Source: Octopus vulgaris
Taxonomy: Eukaryota
DNA: 64,000 nucleotides
Direction of reading: 5' to 3'
NCBI GenBank assembly: GCA_951406725.2
Contig: OX597830.1
Location: forward strand, 40,114,001 to 40,178,000
In this document: positions 44,630 to 59,494 of the stretch, piece after piece
Numbering within the stretch: the first letter of the stretch is position 1
How the letters are laid out: each line of letters begins with the position of its first letter
The notes under the pieces: generated by a model
Databases searched by the model: none
What the model saw: the letters and a program-made list of their open reading frames with translations, nothing else
What the model was told of the DNA's origin: nothing
Translations under genes and position numbers: made by a program

Positions 44630-44669
<40 letters not shown>

Positions 44670-45029
44670 ATCTACCTATCTCTCAATTTATTTGGGGCAT
44701 GAACAAAACCTTGAGTGTGTGTATATGTGTGAGACTGAGACAGAGACAGAGAGAGAGTGATGGGGGGGGGTCCATCTAGTTGAACCATACAATAAAAAAA
44801 ACCTCCTTAAATGTGTAATATATCACAAAATTATCTGAATATCGTGTGATCACAGACTGTTTTTCCCTGGACAGAATTCATTCATCACAGACAACAAAAC
44901 AAAACTAAAGGAAACAACAAAAAAAACAAACATCAATTTAACCAAGGTAAATTCAACACTAAAACAACACAAAACAAAACAAATAAAACAATTAATTACA
45001 TAGAAGATAAAAGCAAAAAAATGTTTTAA

Positions 45030-47035
45030 TAATTCCTTTCTGCTATAGGTAAAAAGCTTGAAATTTGTGGGGAGGGGCTGGTCAGTTACACTGACACCAA
45101 TGCTCAAGTAGTGTTTGTTCTATTGACCCTAAAAGGAAGAAAAGGAAAATCGACCACAGTGGAATTTGAACTCAGAAGGTAAGGACAGACAAAATGCCAC
45201 TAAACAGTTTGTCCAGCATGTTAATGATTCTGCCATCTCACTACCTTAAAGAAAAATATCTCAAATAATTAGCAGCATGAAACTTAATTAGATAATATGC
45301 AAACTGTTGATGCAGACAAGGACAAAGGGATTAAGTCGATTACATTGACCCCAGTGCGTAACTGGTACTTGATTTATCGACCCCGAAAGGATGAAAGGCA
45401 AAGTCGACCTTGGCAGAATTTGAACTCAGAACATAACAGCAGAAGAAATACTGCTAAGCATTTCGCCCAGCGTGCTGAGGTTACTGCCAGCTCGCTGCCT
45501 TTTCTCAGCTCGCTGCCTTTTCTCAGCTCGCTGCCTTTTCGCAGCTTGCCTGAAAGGTTAATGGTTCGTATCTTTTCCTCACCAGTGTTAACTGAATTAA
45601 CAAAACAACATTTAATTCCAATTGGCACAGTCTACCTAGTTGCAATCATACAGTTCTCCATTGTAAACACTATAAACAGAAAAAAAGAGCTTCATGAGTT
45701 TACATAATTTTGCTTTCACGTCTTCTCAAAGTACTTACACCATTGCTACAGTGATATTAACCTAGATTAAATTCCATCGAACTCAACTTTGCCTTTCATC
45801 TTTCCAGGGTTGATAAATTAAGTACCAGTTGTGTACTTGGGTCAATCTAATTGACTACTACCCCACACCTAAAACTTTTGGCCCTTGTGCCTAAAGTAGA
45901 AAACATATTAACCTAGATTAGATTCCGCCAAGGTCAACTCTGCCTTTCATCCTTTCGGGGTTGATAAATTAAGTACCAGTTGTGTACTGGGGTCATACTA
46001 ATCAGCTGGCCCCCCTCTCCAAAAATTTCAGGCCTTTTGCCTAGAGTTGAAAAGATATTAACCTAGATTTTTTTTCCTTTCATTTATGAAAATAAAAGTA
46101 AAACAATAACAGAAAGGAAACTACTAAAAGTTTGTAAATATGGTTTCAAATTTTGGCACAAGGCCAGCAATTTCAAAGGAGAATGTATATCAATAGCATT
46201 GACCCCAGTGCTCAGCTGGTATTTACTTTACCAACCCTAAAAGGATGAAAAGCAAAGTCAACTGCAGCAAAATTTCAAATCAGATTTTACCTGGTGTGTT
46301 AACAATTCTGCCAACTCACTGCCTTAACCCTTTTGATACCAACCCGACAGAAACCACCTCAGGCTCTGTAGTACAATTATCTTGTTTTCAAAAGTTTTGA
46401 ATTAAAATCTCCCTCCAAACCTTAGTTTGCAATCTATGTTCCTAACACTAGCTTAATGATAATTAAGTTATTTTACTAAATTCTTTGTTATATTTAAAAT
46501 TAATTGAAAGAAATACAGAGCATCTCAACAGAAATATGGTAACAAAAGGGTTAAAATATATAATACAGAAACAGTTCTTAACCGTTTCAATACCAACCCA
46601 GCTGAAACTACTTTTGGCTCTGTAGTACAAAAGTCTTGTTTTCATAAGTTTTGAATTAAAATCTTCCACCAAACCTTGGTCACAATTAATGTTCCTAACA
46701 CTAGCTTAATGATAACTAAGTTATTTTACTTAATTCTTTGTTATATTTAAAATTAATTGACAGAAACACAGAGCATCTCAAAATAAATACAGTAAGAAAA
46801 GGGTTGAAATTTGCAAATGTTTTCAAATTTTGGCACAAGGCCAGGAATTTCAAGGAAGTGAGTAAGTCAATTACATTAACCTCAGTGGTCAGCTAGTACT
46901 TATTTCATCAACACTTAAAAGGATAAAAAGTAAAGTCGACCTTGGTGGAATTTGAACCCAAAACATAAAGACAGTTGTAATGCCGTTGAGCATTTTGCCC
47001 AACATGGTAACAATTCTGCCAGCTCACCACCTTAA
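45030..47035. mobile_element. Cluster of about 6 family A SINEs
   Basis: Family A cores on both strands. Confidence 0.82.
46328..46803. mobile_element. Tandem dimer of a piggyBac-type MITE (about 223 bp)
   Basis: TTAA-CCCTTTTGATACCA...TGGTAACAAAAGGG-TTAA; second copy at 46582-46803. Confidence 0.88.
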
Positions 47036-48867
47036 AGTCTGTTAATATTAAATACCTAAAATTATCAAAGCATTATAAATGACCTTGATGTAAGGAAGAA
47101 GAGAAGTGTCACATTTTGGACAGAATCCTCCAGCAAAATGTTCCGTTGTTCCATTATACTTAAAACAATATACTTCTTTAACTGCATCACAGAAAAATAA
47201 TTTATTCCATTTTGAAAAATCGCTTTTTATTCCAAACTAGTTTCTTACAAAAGGAACATTTCAGAATGAAATTCATTACATAGAAATCTAAGATCTCAGC
47301 AAGTTCTAAACAAAACACCTGAAATTCAAAGACAGAATTTTAACTGTACTTCAATTTTTCCAAAAATAAAGGAACCACAATTTTTCTGATACTACACAGC
47401 AAGACAAGAGTAAAATAGCTCTTTGAGCAATATACTGGCCTATCACAAGTAAATAAGTGCCACAAGAAACCTGATCATACTTCCTCTTCTGACAGACAGG
47501 TAAACTAAAGGAAACATGATTAAGCAGACTACAATAAAGTAGCCAGGGTTAATTTGAGCTTGGGACTCATGAGCCTGCATCTAAGTTCTTGTATTTCTGT
47601 ATCAGCTTAGACATTCTGCATCTCCTCATCTTGACTAATTGGTGAGTGAACACTTTGTAACAAGAAAGATCACAGACACTGAAACGGGACGGAAAGAGTG
47701 TTAATATAATCTCCTCAGGCTACAATGGAATGTGTGTGTGTGAGAGAGAGAGAGAGAGAAATAGAGAGTGTAATTATAGATTTCATGTGTGTGTGTGTGA
47801 GAGAGATTGTGTGTGTGAGAGAGAGTGTGTGTGTGAGAGAGAGTGTGTGTGTGAGAGAAAGAGCGTGTGTATGTGTGTGCATGTGTGTGTGTGAGTGCTT
47901 TTGTGTGTGTACGAGAGAGAGTGTGTGTGTGAGAGAGAAAGAGAGTGTGTGTATGTGTGAGAGAGAGAGAAAGAGAGAGTATAATTATAAATTTCATGTG
48001 TGTGTGTGTGTACATGTGTGTATGTGTGTGTATGTGTGTGTGTGTGTTGATGAATAGATAGATAGATAGATAGATAGATAGATTAGATTAGATAGATAGA
48101 CAGACAAACAGACAGACAGATAGATAGATAGATGTGTGTACAGGTATCTTGATGTGTAATGTAGCTATACAGATGTGCATGTATCTATGTATATTCATAC
48201 ATGAATGTTTGTGTATATATATACACCTGGTTTCAACCATACTAAATGAAATGAATTAGACAATGCACAAACTGTAATTAACAGACTAAGCTGAATGGAT
48301 GCAAAGCCAAAAAAAAAAAAATGAGATGAGTTTTGCAGAGGTGTGAGTGAGAAAAATCAAGATAAACAAGAAACTGTGGTGTTCATTCATGTCTTCACAC
48401 AAGGATCATTTAGAAGACTGAATGAGCTGAATAGGATTCAGCACAGAACCAAAACCGTTCCCATCATTAACAGCTTCGGAACATACTTCTAGACCCATGA
48501 CGTTTGACAGATTGATCAATAACAAAGAGATAGATGGCTTGATACAGCCAACAACCAGGCAGCTTTCTCAACACAAACAGCCAACAATGATAATGAGAGG
48601 TTAATTAATTATATGCAGTTGACAACTAATTAATTTTTGTCTTTATTTTCCACCTCTTTTTGAGCTTATTTACAACAACAATAAAAATTAAAATAAAAAA
48701 AAAACATGCCAAATATGGCGATGTTTATAACAAAACAAGAAAAAAACAATTCAAAGACAACAACTGCAAACATATTTGCATGTGTATTGCATGCTTATAT
48801 ATGTTACTCATGTATACACGCACATACACACATATGTGAACCAAGCTGTTTTAAACAATACATACAT

Positions 48868-48898
<31 letters not shown>

Positions 48899-49033
48899 CG
48901 TGTGTATGTATGTATGTCTATATATATATATGTATGTATGTATGTCTATATATATATATATATATGTATGTCTATATATATATATATATGTATGTATGTA
49001 TGTATGTTTATATATATATACATACATACACAC

Positions 49034-49072
<39 letters not shown>

Positions 49073-49077
<5 letters not shown>

Positions 49078-49300
49078 TGCAGCAGAAGTAACACTTTTTT
49101 TTTTTGCATTTAATAACTTTTATAGTATATAAATGTTTATTAAGTAATTTTTTATTGAACACAAATTTATTGCATTACTTAAAGAAATGAATAATAAACT
49201 AATGAAAAAGAATTGCAGAAGTTTTCAGAAATTTAATAAGTATTGTTTCACCAAAACAACATGACTCAATACAAAAGGGTATTACTTCTGCCACACCCTG
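49073..49300. mobile_element. Tc1/mariner-type MITE
   Basis: Imperfect TIRs CAGAGTGCAGCAGAAGTAA / TTACTTCTGCCACACCCTG in TA context. Confidence 0.7.
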
Positions 49301-49342
<42 letters not shown>

Positions 49343-49770
49343 TACATTCATGTATATGAACACTTTTACTTCATATTCTGGTACAAGGCTGGCAGTTTCA
49401 TGATAAAGGGTAAGTCAATAACATTGATCCCAGTGTTTCACTGGTATTTAATTTATCAACCCCAAAACGATGAATGGCAAAGTCAACCCCAGTAGAATTT
49501 GAACTCAAAGCATAGAAACGGACAAAGTGCCACTAAGCATTTTGACCAGCGTGTTCATGATTCTGCCAGCTCACCACCTTTGTGTGTTTGACTCAACTCC
49601 ATACAACTTAAGGTTTTGCCCATTTGTAGAATGAACCTTTTTCACCAGACACCTAGAGAAGAGCCTATGAAACTTTAAGACATAGAGAGTTGAGTCAATA
49701 TTAAATATTATAACTCCATCCAAATATGTAGTGTGCCACATTCTTTTGTTTGCACTTGCACGTGTGTGTA

Positions 49771-49819
<49 letters not shown>

Positions 49820-50387
49820 GTGTGAGCATTTGTTTGCATGAAAGGGGGAGGCATGAGTATGCTTGTGTATGCACGTGTGTGTGAGAGAGAGTGTGTGTGT
49901 GTGAGTGTGTGCGAGTGTGTGTGAGTGTGTGTGTGAGAGAGAGGGAGAGTGTGTGTGAAGGAACGAGGCCAATAGAGACTTTCACAGAAAGAAACTCAAA
50001 GACAAATATGTATTTGTCATACAGTGTCAAATATCGTCGGTTTACCAACTTGAAATACGTTTTGTTTTTCTTTTCAATTTTACCAAATTTTTCTAACAAT
50101 TTACCAAAATCTATCATAACTCAAGAAAAGTGTGTATATTTCAGTGTTCTCCAAACTATTTTTACTTAGAGTGCAAATTAGAAAAAGATGGCATCATATA
50201 TATATGTATATATATATATATATATTTAAAAGTCTTTGTGAAAAATACTTGATAGAATTTTTAAGCATAAAAAGGATTTTTTGTAAATTATTTTTTTAAA
50301 AAGTTATAAAATCTTTTATCATGTTACTAACTCTTTTGGAAGAAGTTTTTTTTCCTAGTGTGTGCAAGCACTTTATATTAATCTTAT

Positions 50388-50743
<356 letters not shown>

Positions 50744-51726
50744 CTCAGACTAATAATTATGGATTAAAAATTTTTATTCACCCTCAGACTTATCTCTGAG
50801 TACTTTATTCAAAGACATTGGGCACAGTTTCTTTTCTGAACAAGTCACCCACTCACTGGAATATATATTATTATATAACTTATAGTCTATATATAAACTA
50901 CAGAAAATTATGAAGTAGATCTTTATTGAATAAACTAGGCATAGTTATTGAGACTTTTTGTATTTTTAAAATATATATTTATAACTCTCGCTGTGGTGCA
51001 AGTTTTGTGAACCACGAATTTACTAGTAACCAAAAACTTTAGTCAAACGTTTTTAATGAAGTTATCTCCCTTGCCTTGTGACTCGTTCAGCTTCGTTTTC
51101 TTTTTTTTTTCTTTTTTCACTTCTGGCGGGAGATTTTGTCTACGAATTACTTGGATAATTTCAACTGCTCAAGGTTTTTCCAACTCGTTTATATTATGTA
51201 CGTAAGACCCCCCACTTCCTTCTATCATATATGTATTTAGTATGTTGAATGATCATTTGAGATATTTTACCTCAGCCTTATATGTACGTACGTACATACA
51301 TACATACATGTATATACACACACATATATATACATACACACATACATACACAAACACAGCATGATACAGACTAACAGACAGACAGATACAGTCAAAGACT
51401 GACAGACACACATTAGCTCTCATAATTTATGTTTGGAAACCTCTGTAACAGAAATAATGATCGTGATGTTAGTAATAAATGGTTTCTCACAGTGGCACAA
51501 AGCTGTAATCTGGCAGAGAGGGAGGGAGAGAGAGAGGGGGGAAAGAGAGAGAGAAAGAGAGAGACTTTGGTTCATGGAATCAAGACCAGTATATATTACT
51601 AGGTATATTTTAATCAACTCTAGCAGAATTTGAACATTGAACAAATGTGCATCACAATACATTCTCTCCCCAATGCTACAGTTTCTTCTCCTCTACAAAC
51701 CCTAGTGATGATAGTAGTAGTAGTAG

Positions 51727-53422
51727 TCCTTTCAACTCTAAGCACAAGGCCTCAAATTTTGGAGGAGAGAGGATGGGACTAGTCGTTTACATTGACTCCC
51801 TAGTGCTCAACTGGTCTTTATTTCATCAACCCCCCCAAAAGGATGAAAGGTAAAGCTGACCTTGGTGGAATTTGAACTCAGAACATAAAGTAGGGTGAAA
51901 TGCCGAATACGGGCACAAGACCTCAGATTTAAGGGCAGGGATTAGTTGATTAGTTCAACCCCCATGGTTTGACTAGTATTGGAAAGATGAAAGACAAAGT
52001 TGATGTTGATAGGTTTTGAACTCAGAACATCAGAACAAACTGTACAACTTGATGCTCTTACAATCTGCCAATCTGTCACCCTTGTAATGTTAATAATATG
52101 AATATGATAATATTATAAATATAAATGATAATATTAATAATCTGTATAAGATTAATAATCTGTAATATAGGCACAATGCCAAAAAGTTGTGAGAAGTACA
52201 AAGAAAATGTACTCTAGTACTTGACAGGTATTTTATTTTACAGATCCCTACCTCACCCCAAGAAGGGTGAAAGACAAATTTGGTTGCAATGGGAAACTCA
52301 AAATGTAGAAAGTTGAATTAAATATTGCTGGGCATTGTCTGCGGCTCTACTGATTCTGTCATTTCACTGTCTATAGGCCCCAGGCCTGAAATTTTAGGGG
52401 AGGGGAACAGTCGATTACATCAACCCGTGTTCATCTGATACTTATTTTATCAACCATGAAAGGATGAAAGGCAAAGGTGACCTCAGTGGAATTTGAAGTC
52501 AGAACATAGAGACGGATGAAATGTCATTAAGCATTTTGTCCAGTATGCTAATGAGTCTACCAGTTCACTTGTCCTTGATAATAATGGGTTTTAAATTTTG
52601 GCACAAGGCCTGCAATTTCAGGTGAAGGAGTAAGTCAATTACATTGAGCCCAGTGCTCAACTGATACTTATTTCATTGACTCTAAAAGGATGTCTGGCAT
52701 ACTAACAATTCTTTTATTTTCCACTCTAGGCACAAGGCCCAAAATTTTGGGGGAGGGAGCCAGTCAATTAGATCGACCTCAGTACACAACTGGTACTTAA
52801 TTTAACAACCTTGAAAGGATAAAAGACAAAGTCGACCTCGGCGGAATTTGAACTCAGAACATAAAGACAGACGAAATACCGCTAAGCATTTTGCCCGGCA
52901 TACTAACGTTTCTGCCAGCTTACCTGCCCTTGATAATAATAACCGTTTGTATTATAGGCACAAGGTCTGATTTTAGGGGGAACAGGGTAAGTCAATTACA
53001 TTGACCCCAGCGTTCAACAGGTACTTCTTTTATCAACACTAAAAGGGTAGAAGTCAAAGCCAACCTTAGCAGAATTTGAACTCAAAACATAAAGACAGAC
53101 AAAATGTTACTACTGTGAGCACATGTTTGTCAGTGTATGCTCAACCAATTTAACTCCAGCAAGTTATACTAATCTTAAAAGGGTAAAAGAAAAAAGTACA
53201 ATCAACCCTTGTGGGATTTGAAGATAAAAAACAAAATTAGATGAAGCTAAATACAATTTGTTTAGTTTGTAACCATACTGGGACTAAATAATTTTTACAC
53301 AGACATAAAGCCAGAAATTTGGTGTGCGGGAACAAACAAACAAATTGATTTCTAATATTTGGTTGGTAATTCTTTTTCACCAACTCTGCAACATAAAAAG
53401 TTGAAAGAAATACAAGAAGTAC

Positions 53423-53470
<48 letters not shown>

Positions 53471-54015
53471 TGATAATAATAATTCTTTCTACTGGAAGCA
53501 CAAGGCCCCAAATTTGGAGGGGAAGGGAAGGGATTAAGTCGATTACATCGACCCCAGTATGTAACTGGTACTTAATTTATTGACCTCCGAAACGTTGAAA
53601 GACAAAATGGACCCCAGTGGAATTTGAACTCAGAATGTAAAGATGGACGAAATGTCGTTAAGAGTTTTGTCCAATATATTAATGACTCTACCAGCCCACC
53701 ACCTTGATGATGATGATGATGATGATGATCATTATCATCATTATCATCATCATTATCATAATAATAATAATAATAATAATAATAATGGTTTCAAATTTCG
53801 GTACAAGGCCAGCAATTTTAGGGGTTGGGGTAAGTCGAATACATTGACACCCCACCCACCCACCCACAATGCCTCAATGGTGCTTGTATTATTGACCCCA
53901 AAATGTTGAAGACAAGCAAAGTCAACTTCAGCAGCATTTGAACTCAGAACATAGCGACAGACGAAACGCTTCTAAGCATTTTACTCTGCTTGATCCGGAT
54001 TCTGCCAGCCTGCCT
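51727..54015 (-). mobile_element. Cluster of about 9 head-to-tail family A SINEs
   Basis: Repeated ggcacaaggcc...gaatttgaactcagaac...ctgccagc units. Confidence 0.85.
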
Positions 54016-54127
54016 AGTTGTTGTTGTTGCTGTTGTTGGTTGACAACAACAACAACAATGATGATGATGATTACTATTATTATCATAATTAATGTTATTA
54101 TAATAAATATTCGTATATATGTATATG

Positions 54128-54179
<52 letters not shown>

Positions 54180-54183
<4 letters not shown>

Positions 54184-54390
54184 GGTGTGTTTGTCCCCGC
54201 CAACATCGCTTGACAACCGATGCTGGTGCATTTGCATCCCCATAATTTAGCGGTTCAGCAAAAGCGACTGATAGAATAAGTACTAGGCTTACAAAGAATA
54301 AGTCCTGGAGTTGATTTGCTCGATTAAAGGTGGTGCTCCAGCATGGCCACAGTCAAATGACTGAAACAAGTAAAAGAGTAAAGGAGAAAA
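54180..54390 (+). mobile_element. SINE family B, 3' half
   Basis: gtttgtccccgccaacatcgcttgacaacc...ccagcatggccacagtcaaatgactgaaacaagtaaaagag. Confidence 0.85.
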
Positions 54391-54440
54391 GAGAGTTATT
54401 TATCTATTAATTAATTTGTTATATAAAAAAATAAAGTATA

Positions 54441-54481
<41 letters not shown>

Positions 54482-55353
54482 AGAGAGAGAGAAAGAGAGA
54501 CAGACAGACAGATTTACTCAGGGAGTAAGTTAAGTTGTAAAAGTGCTCTTAAAAATTTAGGATTAATTGTATAATCTGCCTTTTTTTTATTTTTTATTTT
54601 ATTTTCATTTATTTGTTGTTGTTTTTTCATCTATACAGAATTATGCAAGTGGTTGAGTGGTGAGCAGTAAGAATGGTTTGTGCCAAACACTAAAAATTAA
54701 AATTCTTCCAAAGTAAAGAAAAAGGAAAAGAAAAACATTAAGTTTAAATCCCTCATATCTGTGCAATCATAAAAATTAGGGATGTAAAAACTGTGAAAAT
54801 AGGGCAGGGGGATGAAAATGCAAAAAAAAAAAAAAAAAAACTATGTGCTAAACACTAAAAGAATAAATGGGAGGGTGGGGCAAATTCTTGTAAAATTCCA
54901 AAATAGTTTCCCAGACTGAAAGAATTCTTTTACTTTGCTTTCCTTTGTTTTTTGCTTTTTTTTATATTAATTTCTCTAGCATTAGTAAAATTATTATTAT
55001 TATCATTATTATTATTATTATTATTATTATGAAATCACTATTATTGTTACCAATCTACTTACTAACTCATTAGCTTTCTTCACGTTGTGCAAATGTGTTT
55101 TTTAAATAGATATGTATATATGTATATATATATATACGTATATATATAATGTGAAGCCATCATCATCAAGCGGACGTTAAATGATGACGATGATGATTTC
55201 ATACAGATGTGTGCGTGTGTGTATGTGTGTATACATATATATATATATAAACACACACACACACACATATTCTATATATACATATATATATATATATATA
55301 TACATATATAATTTTATATATGTACATATCCATACATATATATTCTATAATTA

Positions 55354-55392
<39 letters not shown>

Positions 55393-56805
55393 ATTTTCAT
55401 ATAATTTTCATACATTTTGTTCTGGGAGGTAAGCAATGGATTAGATGGGTTTTTTTCTTTTCAAATAATATCAGAGAATCTTGTCAACCATTATTTAATA
55501 ATATTCCTAAGAATTTTTACAATGCCATCTCTGCAACCAGTAAGGAAAAAAGAAAATTGCTGTGCCAATAAAGAAGGGGTCAGTTTGATTTGGACAGGAA
55601 AAAAAAAAAAAAAGAGGAAAGAAAAATTCACTGAACAGAGAGAGAGAGATTGGGGAGGGTGGAGACAAGAACAAGAAATACAAAAAAAAAAAAAAAAAAA
55701 AGAAATGGTATCCTGTTTGAAAATATTATTAAAAATAATAAAAGGAAAATTTTGAATGACAAATCTATAAATTCTTCAGATAAATGAGATCTTTCTGGTG
55801 AATTATGAATTTACAAAGAAACAATTTGGAACTTGTTCTACGACAGCATATCCCCCCCACTTACCCCACCTTATTTACAAATAATAGAACTGGCTTCGCT
55901 TTCATTTTTATTTTGGTTTGGTTTTTCTTGCTTTCTTTGTTTTTTTTTGCATGTTTTTTTTTTATCTTTTGTTCTTCATTTTGAGAAAACTCACTGATAC
56001 AGGGGAGGAGAGGGTGAAGTTAGAAGAAGAATGTTTCCTTTTTTTATAATAGTATTTGAGAAGAGTATAGAGAATGGGGGGGAGAGCATTAAATTACTTT
56101 TCCCCCCCACTTTTGAAATGAAAAGTAGAATTAAAATAATATTTTGCATTAAAACAAAAAAAAATTCTTTTAATTGAAATGAAAACAGTTTTCTTTTTTT
56201 TTTTGTTAATTAATGTTGATATTTTTTTCTTCTTAGATATAATAAGTTGGCTAACAAATAATTGCTGCCGAGGGTGGGTTTCTTTCTTTCTTTCTTTCTT
56301 CCTGTTTTTTTTTTTCAAATTTAAATTTCCATTTTTTCAAAACAGTTGATTTCAGCTTGACCAATTTTAAAAGTTACTGAATAAATTTTTTTCTTATTTA
56401 TTTATTTATTAATAATTATATATATATTTATATTCTTTTAAATTGAAATAGTTTCAACTGCATCAACTAAGACCAAGAGGGATATATCCAGCATCTTCAG
56501 CAGGTAGATGACATCGCACATTTCTGCAAAAACCAAAAACCACATTCTTCACACATTCATTCCCTGGCAAGGTTATTTTCAAAATGTTTCTTGAGACATT
56601 TTTTTTTTCTTTGTCTATCCAACCATCCATCCATCCATCCCTTCAACAAACCATCCACTCATCCATCCAGACATCCATCCACAGGTGTGTCCATTCATCT
56701 CGTTTCTTCGCTGCCTTCAATTTCTGCGTGTTCTGTCTCTACTGTTGAACCCGTGTGCAATCCAATGCAGTGAACTCGAGTGAAAGTTGCAGTTTTGTCC
56801 CGCTG

Positions 56806-57089
56806 TCATTTCGGAGATGCACGTACTGTACAAGTTTCTACTTTCAGAGAGCCTGCATTCCTGCGACTGCTACTCGCTCCTCGTTCCACGACGATTGGAG
56901 TGGAAGAGCCGCCGCCGCCACCACCACCACCGCTGCCGTAGGTGGTGATGGTGGCCGGAGCTGTTGATGATGACACAGGAGCACTGGACAGTGGCGTGGC
57001 AACGGTGGTCAGACCTGCTGAGACTACGTTCTCTCCGGGCGAAATTCCAGTTGCTGTAATAATGATGTTTGGGGTCTCTCCAACAGGGA
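56806..57089 (-). CDS. ATF2: ATF2/ATF7/CREB5-family bZIP factor, probable terminal coding exon (VPVGETPNIII...GGGGGGGG...RASPK*)
   Basis: ccag acceptor after a pyrimidine tract; phase 1 matches the previous exon; open for 94 codons to TGA at 56806-56808; low-complexity S/T/G tail. Confidence 0.72.
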
Positions 57090-58289
57090 CTGGTCAATGG
57101 AAAAAAAAACAATGAATAAATAAAAATAAAAACAAGAAAAAGCTGTTTCATTTTATTACTTTCCAATGATTCTTTTTCATTTTTCTTTTTTTTTTCTGGC
57201 AATAAAATTTTTTTAAAAAGGCACAAAATTTCAAATTTAGACAAACTTGCCCTGTGAGTTCACTCAACCCCAAAACTTATAAGGTAACTATTTTTATTAA
57301 TCCTTGAAGAATAAAAAGCAAAACTGACTAAGCAACATCTTGAAGCTATACATGATTAATTCAATATTGCGGATATGCCAACACACATGTGCTTGAGGCA
57401 TGGCCGCCCTCATGCACTTCTCATGAGGAATTCTTGAAGGAGCTTCGTGAGACCACTGCAGAGACACTTCCAGAAAAAAAATTTCAGTAACCATTGGAAA
57501 ACCAATTATAGCAGTGACTCAATCAATTCCCAGCAATATCTGAAGAAGGAATTTTTGTATTCCAAAATATTATTATTATATCAGACTATGGATAATTAAA
57601 TTATAACAGTTATAATAGTCCAGTCTGCATTGTTGTGCCATTCAAGACACATCATCATCATCATCGTTTAGCGTCCGTTTTCCATGCTAGCATGAGTTGG
57701 ACGGTTCTACTGGGGTCTGTGAAGCCAGAAGGCTTCATCAGGCCCAGTCAAATCTGGCAGTGTTTCTACGGCTGGATGCCCTTCCTAACGCCAACCACTC
57801 CGAGAGTGTAGTGGGTGGCGTTAGGAAGGGCATCCAGCCGTTCCTAACGTAATATTTTAAAAACATTATGAATAAATAAGCATTATTCAGAGTAATCTGA
57901 ATGCTAAAGGGTTAATGTTGCGGTTGTTTAATTCAGTAACGACATTGTAGGATAGGTGTGAAAGGCCAGATCTTGCTTGGATTGAACATTAAAGGGAAAG
58001 GGGAAAATATAGGTGAGAAAGAGAGGAGGGATGGAAATGACATAAGCAGTTGCGGGGGTGGAAAGAGACAAAGAAAAGGAGAGCAAAACGGTCGGGGGAA
58101 AATGGCATCATTTGTCCTCTGTCTTTCACTTGTTTCAGTCTTTGGACTGCAGTCTTTATGAGGCGCCACTTTGTATGGTTTAGTTACAAATATTGAATGC
58201 AGTACTTTTTTTTTCTTTCTAAGTCTGGTACTTATTCTATCACCTACTTATGCTGAATTGTTGATTTACAGGAACATAAACAAACCAGT

Positions 58290-58935
58290 GAAGGCAGATG
58301 GTTCAGTGGTTAGAGCATCGGACTCACAGACATGAGGTACTGTGTTCATTTCCTGGACTGGACTGCGTGTTGTGTTTTTGAGCAAAACACTTTATTTCAC
58401 GTTGTTCTAGTTCATTCAGCTGTAGAAATGATCTGCAGAGTCAATGGTGCCAAGCTGTATCAGCCTTTGCCTTTCCCTTGGATAACATCGGTGGCACGGA
58501 GAGGGGAGGTTGGTATGCATGGGCAACTGCTGGTCTTCCATAAACAACCTTGCCCGCACTTGTGCCTCAGTGGGGAACTTTCTAGGTGCAATCCAATTTG
58601 AAGGCCATGGCTCAGTGGTTAGAGTGTCAGGCTTACAATCATGAGGTGAGTGAGTTTAATTCCTGGACTGGGCTGTGAGTTGTGTTCTTGAGCAAGACAC
58701 TTTATTTCACATTACTCCAGTTCACTCGGATGTAGAAATGAGTTGTGACATCACTGGTGCCAAGCTGTATCGGCCTTTGCCTTTAGGTTCAGTGGCATAG
58801 AGGCGAGAAGGCTAGTATGCATGGGTGACTGTTGGTTTTTCATAAACAACCTTGGCCAGACTTGGACCTCAGAAGGTAACGTTCTAGGCGCAATCTCATG
58901 GTCATTCATGACCGAAGGGGGTCTTTACCCTTTAC
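58290..58935 (+). mobile_element. Two head-to-tail family C SINEs (intronic)
   Basis: Both match 14178-14508; junction near 58600. Confidence 0.85.
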
Positions 58936-59300
58936 CCTTTTGAACAAACTAACACCAGTGATCAAGCAGTGCTGGGAACACATACAAACACAAATCCACA
59001 CACACAATGTGTGTGTGTGTTTGTGTAAAAGATGGACTTCCACACAGTTTCCACCTACCAAATTCACATACAAGGGATTGATTGACCTGGAGCTATAGCA
59101 AAAGTTGTTTGCCCAAGGTGCTGTGCAGTAGAACCAAACCCCCAAAGCCCAATTGTTGCAAAGTGAACTTGTTATGGGTCCCTCCACCCCACCCCCTCAT
59201 TTCATTATTGCCTTAATTTCCCTGAAGAAATGTCTAACAATTTGAGTTTGTATGCTATTAAATTCTTTTTAAAAAGACAGAAGAAAACATGCCTACTTAC

Positions 59301-59418
59301 CTGCCTGTATGGAAAGTTGCCCCATTGATTTTTGTTGTAGTGTAATAGGACAATCCTTGTGAGCGAGTAATAATGATTTTAATTGAGCCACTTCTGTACG
59401 TAAAAGATTTACTTCACT
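59301..59418 (-). CDS. ATF2: ATF2/ATF7/CREB5-family exon, leucine zipper end (SEVNLLRTEVAQLKSLLLAHKDCPITLQQKSMGQLSIQA)
   Basis: ttttcag acceptor and gtaagt donor; diagnostic EVAQLKxLLLAHKDCP motif. Confidence 0.95.
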
Positions 59419-59494
59419 CTGAAAATCATACAACAAAGAAGATAAATATGACAAGACAGTTTAAAAACTTCTTAAAAACAAGCTTCAATATCTC

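Noticed and set aside
50880-51290. Possible Helitron-like element starting tctatatataaa
   Set aside because: No clear 3' hairpin/CTAG end and no clear second copy in the window
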